A stretch of DNA of 64,000 nucleotides. It comes from Limnochordales bacterium (GTDB lineage: Bacteria > Bacillota > Limnochordia > Limnochordales > DUMU01). The DNA lies in NCBI GenBank assembly GCA_014896315.1, contig JADBKP010000005.1:149140-213139 (forward strand), written 5' to 3'. Within the stretch, counting starts at the first letter, position 1, and the number at the start of each line of letters is the position of its first letter. Of the stretch, positions 32,296 through 40,972 are shown in pieces. The notes under the pieces were generated by a model. It saw nothing but the letters and a program-made list of their open reading frames with translations. It was not told the origin of the DNA and did no database searches. Both the position numbers and the translations under genes were made by a program.

Positions 32296-33524
32296 GGTCA
32301 AGTCCTGGATCCGGTGTAAAAGCGACCTCCGGTAGAGTCTGGGCGGTCATGCTGCCTCCTGCTGCTTTGTTGCGGTCCTCTTCGGGGCTGTCTCCGATTG
32401 GGCCTTCCATCGCGAATACTCCGACATGTCGAAGTACCGGTGCCCCGTCGTCCACATCTTCGAATCCGGATTCGAGGATTTCTACAGCCCGTGGAGCCCG
32501 CTCAGCATAATCCCGCACCAGCTCCTCCTTCAGCCGACGCGCGGTCTCCCAGTCGGGCGCATCGAATACCAGCCGTAGGCGTTGGTGAAGCTCCCGTTCC
32601 AGTGATTTAGGGCAGGCATCGAGAATGTTGCGGATAAAGTGTGTCTGACACCGCTGCCACGTTGCCCCCTGAAAGCACGTCTCGATCGCTTTGACAAGGC
32701 CTTTATGCTCATCAGATACCACCAGGTCAACCCCTGTCAGTCCACGGTCCTTGAGGCGGTTGAAGAACTCTTTCCAGCTGTTCTCCGATTCGCTGTCTCC
32801 AATCATAAGTCCCAGAATCTCCCGGTACCCCTCCTGGTTGACGCCCGTGGCAATCAACACGCTGCAAAGCCGAACCCTGCCGCCCTTGCGTACCCTGATC
32901 ACTATGGCATCTACCAGCAAGAACGGATATCGCCCCCCGCTCAGGTCACGGTCGTTCCACTCCTGGACAATCGCATCGAGCCCCTTGCACAGCTCAGACA
33001 CGGTCGACCGGGAAAACTCCGTCCCGCACAACTCCTCCACAATCGCCCGAACCTTCCGGGTCGAAACCCCGTTGACCACCATCTCCACCATGGCCAGCAG
33101 CAGCGCCTGCTCACTGCGCTGGTAGCGTTCGAAAAGGTCGGTCGAGAAACTACCCCTGCGCACCCTGGGAACTTGCAGGTTCAGCTCGCCCACCCGGGTC
33201 TTGAGCAGCCTGGGTCGATGTCCGTTCCGATACCCCTGGCGCTCTTCGGTACGCTCGTAGCGCTCGGCCTTTAGTTGCTCAGTAACCTGCGCTTCCAGGA
33301 TCTGATTAATCACCTGCTCCACAAGCCGCGCCAAGCCGTCATCCCGAACGAACAACTGCTGCAAGATCTCGCCGTCTATGGTAACCTGGTACTGGGCCAT
33401 CCTTGTCCCTCCTGGTGATGTGGAGTAAGTCACCCATTCATCTACCAGAGGCGGGGTGGCCCTTCCTGCTTCGAGGGGCCCCCGGGACCCTCTCCACTTT
33501 TACACCAGCATACCGGACACTACT
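32296..33524 (-). mobile_element. IS256-family insertion sequence, defective
   Basis: Ends GGTCAAGTCCTGGATCCGGTGTAAAAG and (reverse complement) AGTAGTGTCCGGTATGCTGGTGTAAAAG; flanks CCCCCGCG / CCCCCTGG resemble a decayed 8-bp target duplication. Confidence 0.88.
32347..33400 (-). pseudogene. IS256 transposase with internal deletion and frameshift
   Basis: YRNG, GVSTRKV, DAIV, SDEHKGL, QRCQTHF present; after GFED the true tail MWTTGHRYFDMSEY...QQEAA* continues in another frame. Confidence 0.85.
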
Positions 33525-33674
33525 CCCCCTGGTGGAGGCCACAGCGGCCCATCAGGTACCCTTCAAGCACCTACCATCCACTACCACCCACAAATCTTTT
33601 ACTCACAGGACAGGTACGATAACCGACGGGGCACTGCACAACACGGTATGCGATGTAGCCCTCACCGCCGCCGG

Positions 33675-33716
33675 TTGACAGGCAGGCGCCGACCGGGCAT
33701 ACTGAAATCGATATCA
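33675..33716 (+). promoter_or_regulatory. SigmaA promoter with overlapping LacI-type operator
   Basis: TTGACA-N17-CATACT, immediately followed by TGAAATCGATATCA (33703-33716). Confidence 0.7.
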
Positions 33717-33780
33717 GAAGAGAAAAGCGAACACAAGGCCAGGATGACCAATGGCTTGACCCCGGTCGGAGGGTTAAAGG

Positions 33781-34818
33781 ATGACGGTGCGCGAAAGCGG
33801 GAGAGTGACTATTCACACTGTTGCTAAAGTGGCTGGTGTCTCGTCGGCCACGGTCTCACGCGTGCTCAACCAGAGCGATCTGGTTGCTTCCGCCACCCGG
33901 GAGCGCGTGTTGCAGGCACTCGAAGCGTGCGGGTTCCGTCAACCCAGCCGCCTGGCACGAGCCTTACGGACCAATCGTACCGGGATCCTGGGTCTACTGG
34001 TCGAGAACGTGGCCAACCCGTACTTTGCCACCGTGGCCCGTTCAGTGGATGACGCCGCCCAACAAGCGGGGCTGGCAGTAGTCCTCGCCAACGACGATGG
34101 GTCGGCGCCGGGGGGAGTGGAACGTTTGGAGCTCTTTGAGACCCTGAACGTGGACGGCGTTATCTTGGCTCCCTGGGCGGGAGACGACCGGCGACGACAG
34201 GTGGCCCGCCGCTTGGCTTCCCGAGGAGCGGCCATCGTGGTGGTTGGTGATTATCTGGACGAAAAGGAGTTCGACCTGGTCGGTGTCGACCTGCGCCGGG
34301 CAGCCGTCGAGGTAGTACAGTGCTTGATCGAACGGGGCCATAGAAGGATCGGATACGTGGGACCTGCTGCCACCACCGATCGGTTCGCCGGCTACCAGGA
34401 GGCGGTCCGGGACGCGGGCTTGCCTACGTTCGCCCTTTTCCTTCCGGGGGCGCCCACCACCGCCAATCTGGCTTCCCTCATGGAACAGGAACTTCCCGGC
34501 TTCATATCCGGACAGAGGCTGACGGCAGTAGTAGCCCACAGCGACTTCTACTCCTTCGAGATACTAAGGGTGGCGACGGCCAGGGGAATAAAGATCCCGG
34601 GTGAACTTTCTGTTATCGGTTTCGACAACACCCGCGTGGCCGAACTGACGGCACCACCGCTCGCGTCGGTGGAAATACCCAAGGTCGAAATGGGCCAAAT
34701 GGCGGTAGAGTTGATCCGGCAGAGACTGGACGGGAAGGTAACTGGCGGGCCGGTCAGGCACATTCTTCCTACTCGAGTCATCTTGCGAGAGTCGGTGGCG
34801 GGAGCACCGCCCACCTGA
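33781..34818 (+). CDS. LacI-family transcriptional regulator
   Basis: VTIHTVAKVAGVSSATVSRVLN HTH, ARALR hinge, SVIGFDN, LRES. Confidence 0.95.
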   Translation: MTVRESGRVTIHTVAKVAGVSSATVSRVLNQSDLVASATRERVLQALEACGFRQPSRLARALRTNRTGILGLLVENVANPYFATVARSVDDAAQQAGLAVVLANDDGSAPGGVERLELFETLNVDGVILAPWAGDDRRRQVARRLASRGAAIVVVGDYLDEKEFDLVGVDLRRAAVEVVQCLIERGHRRIGYVGPAATTDRFAGYQEAVRDAGLPTFALFLPGAPTTANLASLMEQELPGFISGQRLTAVVAHSDFYSFEILRVATARGIKIPGELSVIGFDNTRVAELTAPPLASVEIPKVEMGQMAVELIRQRLDGKVTGGPVRHILPTRVILRESVAGAPPT

Positions 34819-34841
34819 TAAACCCTGATAAACCCTGATAA
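34814..34841 (+). repeat. 10-bp tandem repeat CCTGATAAAC, about three copies, overlapping the lacI stop
   Basis: cctgataaac cctgataaac cctgataa. Confidence 0.8.
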
Positions 34842-34848
34842 CGCTAGA

Positions 34849-34895
34849 AGGAGTTTTCGTCGAAGCGGAGAATAGGGGCTATGTAATCGATATCA
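34849..34895 (+). promoter_or_regulatory. SigmaH-like promoter plus second LacI-type operator
   Basis: AGGA-N17-GAAT (34849-34873), then TGTAATCGATATCA (34882-34895). Confidence 0.6.
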
Positions 34896-34950
34896 ACGCC
34901 ACTGTTAAGAGACCCCGGCATCACCCGGCAGCCAGAGGGGGCAGGCAGGC

Positions 34951-37761
34951 ATGTCCCGGAGAGGTTATTGGCTTGCACCCGGTTTCAAGCAGCCACGATT
35001 TCCGAAGGCTCGCCTCGAGATCCGGCCCCTACTGCTGGCCGTTTGGCTGGGGTGCCTCGCGGTCGCCCCGAATGCCCTTTCCGGCCTGTCGGCCGCCCCT
35101 GACATGCAAGCTGTCGGTGCTAACCTAAGAGACAATGCAGTAGATCGGGGGGAGTCCGGGCCCAGCGCCACTGCAGCCGTACCCTGGACAGTAGTGGCAG
35201 TATTCGAGCCCCCTCCCGCCCAATTGGAAGCCGCCAGCATCTTCCCCCTGCTTACGCTCCAGGCCCGAGAGGGCCGTGAGGACCTGCGAGTTGTATTTGC
35301 GTGGGTCCGGCATTCTGCCGGCTGGATAGGCGACGTCTGGTCACTGGTGATGGCTGCCAGCCCCCAACTGCTTCCCCCGGGGGCGGTAAACTCTGGCGGC
35401 GACGCGGACCATTCCCATGCCTTCCTGGCTGACCTCGTATGCCGGGACATCGGCTATGCTTCCCCGGACACGGCCCACAGCTATCAGGCTTCTGCCGGTT
35501 ATCTACCTTCCGCCGGGGTCCTGGGCTTTGCTCTTCATGATCTGACGGCCGGACGCCTGGTGGCCAAGGCTTGGGTGGCACTGGCTCGCCAGGGCGTACG
35601 CTTGACTCCGCAGGTTCAACTCTACGGATCACCTCAAAATTCGTTGACCTCTTCCCCACCTTGGCAAGTTTATCCCGGCTTTGTCCCGTTCGGCTTGAAA
35701 TGGGGTCTTGCGCCGAACGGGGTTGTGCCCGGAGAAGAGAGGAGGCTCTCCGGCTCGCTTGATCGCAGTTTGAAAAGCATGCTTTGGTGGAGCGGGCTCC
35801 CAGAAGGAGCCCCGGTCTGCGGCAAGCTACGCCTGTCCGTAGTCCAAGGCGGTCTTGTCCGAACGCTGGCCACGGCTCCTTATTCCGGCGGAGATCAAAC
35901 CATGCCGGTAGATTCGAAGTGGCTTCCTGCAGGGGTTTTTGAGTTGCAGCTCTGGTTCGAAGACGTTAACCACCACCTGTGGCTGCTGGACGAAGGGCAA
36001 TATGTCGCCGGGAAGGTGACGGCAGAAGCGCGGATCAGCAGCTTCCACCCATCTAAAGAGCGCATGACCATCCAGGGTGACCTCGTCATCACAAGTGACG
36101 GCCCGGTCAACGTGCAACGTGTGAACCTCAAACTTCAGCTGAACAACGGGGAGTGGTTGGATTCGCCGATCGTATCAGATCCTATCACAGTCGACGGGAA
36201 ATACACCATGCCGTTCACCGCCAGTTGCCCATGGACGAACCCCTCAGTGGAGCCAGGCAACGGCGGCACAAACATCATGCAGTTGACAGTATCCCCGGCA
36301 ATATCCCTACCGGCAGGAGTGGTTGCAGAGATGCGGCAGCAATCCGTCTACCTCGTTGCTTCACCTGAACCAATGTATTCGGTAACCGAGGACGGTTACG
36401 TCGTAGTCCATCCCATCGAATACCCCCGGGCTTTTCGGAATCCTTTGAAAGGAATCCGTAGTCTTGGTCTCGAGGTGCCGGAGCCGCTCTCCCCTCTAGA
36501 TGTCGTCCGAACCCCAATGAACCCCTTATCCTCCCTGACCAAAGTCTATATTCCCTGGAACGCGCTGGAAGAGCGAGCCAGTGATGGAGTTGACAAGATC
36601 AGGGCATTTAGTGAGAAGCTCTGGGGATCGCTTCCTCACGACATCAAGGTGATTCCCAGGGTTATCCTGCAATGGGGACCGCAAGGCGAAGAGAAATACT
36701 GGCCTTCTGATCTCGAGCCCGGCGACTACGGCAGCGCGGAATTCAAACAACGTCTGGTGAAGCTGATCCAGAAACTGGGCGCAGCTTGGGATCAAGATCC
36801 TCATGTAGCCTACGTGGAAATGGGTTTGATTGGATGGTGGGGCGAACACCACCACCCGGCAATCTCACCCGAGCTACAGCGCCTGATCGGAGACACATTC
36901 CTGCGGAGCTTTCCCCACAAGCTGGTGATGTATCGCAACCCGGCCAATTTCGAGGGATACCCGTTCGGCGTTCACTGGGACTCCTTCGCCCACCCCGACG
37001 AAATCGGCAGCCACGTGCCCCTCATCGAAATGCAAGGCGATCTCTGGAAGCGTGCGCCCCGGGGCGGTGAACTCACTTGCGACTGGGGAAGACCTATGGC
37101 TGCCAGTGTGACCGACGCGATCCTTAACCACACTGATGAAATCGTCTACTGGATCCGACGACTCCACTGGAATCACCTGGGTTTCTGGCCGGACATGTAC
37201 GACTGGACCAATGATGCTCTGGAACGTAACGCAGAAGAGATACACAAGGCGCTGGGTTATCGGTTCGTAATTCGTGAGGCCCGTTACCCCGCTCGAATAG
37301 CCCCCGGGTCTACCTTGACGCTGTCATTATCTGTACTGAACACAGGGTCTTCCCCCTTCTACTACAATTGGCCGGTGATGGTCTACCTCCTCGATCTTGA
37401 GACCGGCAAGGTGGTCTGGAGCCAACCTTGGGAAGGAGTTGACATACGACAGTGGCTTCCCGGTGGTGGTTTCCCGAAGGTTGAACCAGCAGTTTATAAC
37501 ATAAGCGGGCAATGGGCGTTACCGGCCACCCTGGATCCAGGAGTTTACATATTGGCCATTGGAATCCTGGATCCGGGTTGGAATGAGCCTCAGCTCCGGT
37601 TCGCAGTAGTGAACCATTTATCAAACAACCTTTGCCCGCTAGGTAAGATTGGAATCGATGCCAACATCGACGATCCTGCTTTGGACAGATTTGTCGATTT
37701 AAGAACCGGCGACCCGCTTTACGTCACGCTGTCCGATCCATCAGAGAAGGGAGGTGCTTAG
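34951..37761 (+). CDS. Large secreted protein with C-terminal DUF4874/DUF4832-like putative glycosidase module
   Basis: Signal-like hydrophobic segment, RNPLKG, YIPWNALE, KVIPRV, MGLIGWWGEHH, GGE, LGYRFV, NTGSSPFYYNWPV. Confidence 0.7.
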   Translation: MSRRGYWLAPGFKQPRFPKARLEIRPLLLAVWLGCLAVAPNALSGLSAAPDMQAVGANLRDNAVDRGESGPSATAAVPWTVVAVFEPPPAQLEAASIFPLLTLQAREGREDLRVVFAWVRHSAGWIGDVWSLVMAASPQLLPPGAVNSGGDADHSHAFLADLVCRDIGYASPDTAHSYQASAGYLPSAGVLGFALHDLTAGRLVAKAWVALARQGVRLTPQVQLYGSPQNSLTSSPPWQVYPGFVPFGLKWGLAPNGVVPGEERRLSGSLDRSLKSMLWWSGLPEGAPVCGKLRLSVVQGGLVRTLATAPYSGGDQTMPVDSKWLPAGVFELQLWFEDVNHHLWLLDEGQYVAGKVTAEARISSFHPSKERMTIQGDLVITSDGPVNVQRVNLKLQLNNGEWLDSPIVSDPITVDGKYTMPFTASCPWTNPSVEPGNGGTNIMQLTVSPAISLPAGVVAEMRQQSVYLVASPEPMYSVTEDGYVVVHPIEYPRAFRNPLKGIRSLGLEVPEPLSPLDVVRTPMNPLSSLTKVYIPWNALEERASDGVDKIRAFSEKLWGSLPHDIKVIPRVILQWGPQGEEKYWPSDLEPGDYGSAEFKQRLVKLIQKLGAAWDQDPHVAYVEMGLIGWWGEHHHPAISPELQRLIGDTFLRSFPHKLVMYRNPANFEGYPFGVHWDSFAHPDEIGSHVPLIEMQGDLWKRAPRGGELTCDWGRPMAASVTDAILNHTDEIVYWIRRLHWNHLGFWPDMYDWTNDALERNAEEIHKALGYRFVIREARYPARIAPGSTLTLSLSVLNTGSSPFYYNWPVMVYLLDLETGKVVWSQPWEGVDIRQWLPGGGFPKVEPAVYNISGQWALPATLDPGVYILAIGILDPGWNEPQLRFAVVNHLSNNLCPLGKIGIDANIDDPALDRFVDLRTGDPLYVTLSDPSEKGGA

Positions 37762-37840
37762 AAAGACCGGCGATAACGGGCGCGTATCATCGAGTAAAGC
37801 GTCATGAGAGACACAAAAAGGAAAGGGAGGTATTATCGCC

Positions 37841-38461
37841 ATGAAGACCCGTCTTATGCCAGTCATCCTCACTGGGTTGACAGCCTTCTTCATGCTCGTT
37901 CTGACCGGCTCTGCTGCTCTAGCCGCAGAGACTCCCGCTCTCTCGACGGAGGCTGCCAGAATGGGGGAGAATCCTGTCATTCTCATCGGTTTCGAGCCCG
38001 ATGAGCCCATCTTTCTTGCCGGTGTCAACGGTGGCGAAGTAAAGGACTATGTGGTCGTATCCGATGATCGTCAGCAAGGCGAAGGCGCGGGCATGATTAC
38101 CTTCGACGTTTCCGACCCTACCCAGTCCTGGAGCGGGGCGCGGGTCGGCCGGGCATTCTCACCGGCACTCAGTATCCCGGGATATCGCAAGCTAGGTCTT
38201 TGGATCAAAGGCGATGGCCTGAAGCATTCAGTGATCGTCGGTTTTCACGATGGAGTTTATGATGGCTCCGTCTGGTTTGATTTTGAACATGCCGGCTGGC
38301 AACACTTCGTCGTTGACTTTGGCAGTTTTGCCAACCAATGGCAACTCGACCGGCTCGACTGGTCGCATATAACCCGGGTGTTCATCGAGTTTGCCGATGG
38401 GGCTGGTACCTTGAAGAACAAGGGAACCGTGGTGCTGGACGAGCTCGTGTTAGCAAAATGA
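37841..38461 (+). CDS. Secreted carbohydrate-binding-module-like protein (CBM11/CIA30-like beta-sandwich)
   Basis: Signal peptide ending ALA, LGLWIKGDG, GWQHFVVDF, LDWSHI, GTVVLDEL. Confidence 0.6.
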   Translation: MKTRLMPVILTGLTAFFMLVLTGSAALAAETPALSTEAARMGENPVILIGFEPDEPIFLAGVNGGEVKDYVVVSDDRQQGEGAGMITFDVSDPTQSWSGARVGRAFSPALSIPGYRKLGLWIKGDGLKHSVIVGFHDGVYDGSVWFDFEHAGWQHFVVDFGSFANQWQLDRLDWSHITRVFIEFADGAGTLKNKGTVVLDELVLAK

Positions 38462-38527
38462 CCCTGCGGCTACCTCCGGTACCTGCGCGTGCGATCATTC
38501 GAGTAACTTTCGAAAGGGGTAGTCAGC

Positions 38528-39856
38528 ATGCGGTGGCAGAGGGTGCTAATGTCAACAAAAATAATGGCGTTCTTGATGCTTGCCCTTCTCAGCGGGACCG
38601 TAATGGCGGCCGAGCTGCGAGAATCCGTCACCATCACCTGGCTGTGCTGGGGCGGCCCGGAAGTGATCGATAGAAACCAGCGAATTGTGGAAGCATTCTA
38701 CCGCCGCTATCCGGACCTGGGGGTTAAGGTCAAGAGTACCGTCTTAGGCTGGGACGACTACGTAAGGAAACTGCCGGTGATGATCGCCAGCGGAGCCGAA
38801 CTCGACGTCATTGCCGTGGAAGGAACATACATGTTCCCGTCCTTGGCCGCCGGCGGGGCTCTGGCAGATCTAAGCGTACTTGCCAGCAAGTATCGTGACG
38901 AGTTCTTCCCGGGGAGCCTTGACTCGTTAACTCGGGACGGAAAAGTCCTCGGTATCCCCATGATGGGATGGGAAAGTGCCCCGGCGTTGTTCATAGTGTA
39001 CAACAAGGATCTCTTCGACCAGGCCGGTGTTGCGTATCCTTCTTATGAATGGACCTGGGACCACTTCATAGAGCTGGGCAAGAAGCTGACGCGCGGCGAC
39101 CCCGGCCGGGAGAAGTGGGCTATGGATTGGGGCCAAAGTGACTTTTTCTGGTACTGGTACAACCTGATCCACGCCTTCGGCGGTTGGGTGTATAACGCCG
39201 ATCACACGGCCTCCGAAGTCAACTCGAAGGAGGCAGTGGCGGCAATAACGTTGCTCAACGACTTTCGGGTCAAGTACAAGATCAGCACCTACTGGGGAGA
39301 CTGGGACGCGTTTGATCAAGGGCGCTCGGCCATGACGGCCCGGTGGGACACCGAGGCTCAAAAGATGCTGGAGCGAGGAAAGGCCCGGCTCGGAGTAGCT
39401 ATTTTCCCCGCCGGCCCGGCAGGAAATGGTTTTCATATCTACACCCGGCGGGCAGCCAGCGGGGCCGCCCACTCACTCGCCCTCTTCAAGGGATCTAAGC
39501 ACCCGAACGAAGCTCTCAGGTTCATCGACTTCCTCGTCAGCGACCCGGAGGCCTTACGGGCCGAGGGCACCAACTGGCCGTGGGTTCCACTGCGCCGCAA
39601 CATACCGGTCTTTCTCAACATCGTGAAGGATTCGACTTCGTGGATGCAAGTTTTTCGGGCCATCACCGAGGTGCACAAACGAATCTTGCTGGTTGACCGC
39701 GCCGAGGGGTTCGGCCCAGATGCTGCTGATACTCAGCGGATAATGGCTGAAAATTTGCGCCGGTTTTACAGCGGGGAAGTATCGGCTCAAGGCGCGCTGG
39801 ACACGGCCAAGAAGCAGATCGATGCAGTATTGAGCCGCCAGCGCCTGGGAAAGTAA
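38528..39856 (+). CDS. Sugar ABC transporter substrate-binding protein
   Basis: Signal peptide without lipobox, YNKDLFDQAGV, WTWD, SKHPNEALRFIDFL. Confidence 0.9.
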   Translation: MRWQRVLMSTKIMAFLMLALLSGTVMAAELRESVTITWLCWGGPEVIDRNQRIVEAFYRRYPDLGVKVKSTVLGWDDYVRKLPVMIASGAELDVIAVEGTYMFPSLAAGGALADLSVLASKYRDEFFPGSLDSLTRDGKVLGIPMMGWESAPALFIVYNKDLFDQAGVAYPSYEWTWDHFIELGKKLTRGDPGREKWAMDWGQSDFFWYWYNLIHAFGGWVYNADHTASEVNSKEAVAAITLLNDFRVKYKISTYWGDWDAFDQGRSAMTARWDTEAQKMLERGKARLGVAIFPAGPAGNGFHIYTRRAASGAAHSLALFKGSKHPNEALRFIDFLVSDPEALRAEGTNWPWVPLRRNIPVFLNIVKDSTSWMQVFRAITEVHKRILLVDRAEGFGPDAADTQRIMAENLRRFYSGEVSAQGALDTAKKQIDAVLSRQRLGK

Positions 39857-39966
39857 CAGGACGATTAAAAACAAGCGCTGCTCCGGGGCCGAGGTTGTCA
39901 CGCCGCAGTTGGAATCCTTGCGATGTAAGTTTCTCCGTGACCTTTTTGGCGGCTGGATCCTCTGCC

Positions 39967-40056
39967 CCTGCGGAAAGCGGAGAGCTGCTGCACAGAATCG
40001 ACGACCGTACCCAAACACGCGCCACCGTGATAGCAAGTCAGTGGTCCATTGCCGAG
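39967..40056 (+). pseudogene. Possible IS21 IstB helper ATPase relic
   Basis: ELLHRIDDRTQTRATVIASQWSIAE resembles the IstB LLExIDDRxxxxSTIxxSQxPxxEW segment; short and degraded. Confidence 0.4.
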
Positions 40057-40157
40057 TCGGATGCAACTCGGAATCGCTGGCTGGTTTCGACCGGAATTAG
40101 TGGTGGCTTTGGCCTGAATCCGCGATAAGCCAAGCGGCTTGCCACCCCTTGTGGCTG

Positions 40158-40970
40158 TCAGGGGGAATCGGTGAGCGAAGGGGAGGAGATCAGCCGGTAA
40201 CCCACGCGAGGCTCGGTGAGCAGGTAGCGGGGCCGGGCCGGGTCGGGTTCGAGCTTGCGCCGGAGTTGCCCCATATAGACCCGGAGGTAGTGCGTTTCCT
40301 CCTGGTAGCCCGGCCCCCATACGGCACGCAATATCTGAGAGTGGGTGACGACCCGGTCCCGATGAATGGCGAGAACCTTTAGGATCTCATACTCGGTAGG
40401 AGTCAATTTGATCTCCTGGCCTGCCCGGGTCACCCGCCGCTGAACTAGATCGATGCGGAGGTCGCCGGCGACGATCACGGGATCGTTGGCAGCGTTGAGC
40501 GCGGTGTGGCGCAGGGCGACACGGATGCGGGCGAGGAGCTCGCCCATGCTAAAAGGCTTCGTGACATAGTCGTCGGCACCTGCGTCTAGGGCACCGATCT
40601 TCACCCGATCTTCCCCGCGTACCGACAGTACGATGATGGGAACGGTCGACCATTCACGTAGCCGTTGCACAACTTGCAGTCCGTCCATATCTGGCAGTCC
40701 GAGATCGAGAATGACCAGATCGGGATGGGAAGTGGCAGCCTGCGCCAGGCCCTCTTGCCCGGACTTGGCCTCTATCATTTGATAGCCATGGGCTGTGAGG
40801 GCGACGCGGAGGAAGCGGCGTATCTGGGGTTCGTCCTCCACCACCAACACGCGGGCACCAGCTTGGTTCGAATTGCGATCTTCACCACCGATGCAGGTTG
40901 CCATGGCCGCTTCAACTCCAGGCGGGGGTGGTGTAGATAATCCTGTCCGACCATCTGGCGAATCGGTCAT
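40158..40970 (-). CDS. kdpE: Two-component response regulator KdpE
   Basis: VLVVEDEPQIRRFL, LDLGLPDMDG, GADDYVTKPF, HYLRVYMGQLRRKLEPDP. Confidence 0.95.
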   Translation of the reverse strand: MTDSPDGRTGLSTPPPPGVEAAMATCIGGEDRNSNQAGARVLVVEDEPQIRRFLRVALTAHGYQMIEAKSGQEGLAQAATSHPDLVILDLGLPDMDGLQVVQRLREWSTVPIIVLSVRGEDRVKIGALDAGADDYVTKPFSMGELLARIRVALRHTALNAANDPVIVAGDLRIDLVQRRVTRAGQEIKLTPTEYEILKVLAIHRDRVVTHSQILRAVWGPGYQEETHYLRVYMGQLRRKLEPDPARPRYLLTEPRVGYRLISSPSLTDSP

Positions 40971-40972
40971 CT

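Noticed and set aside
32249-33433. 394-aa ORF as an intact IS256 transposase
   Set aside because: The last ~70 aa are out-of-frame read-through after an internal deletion.
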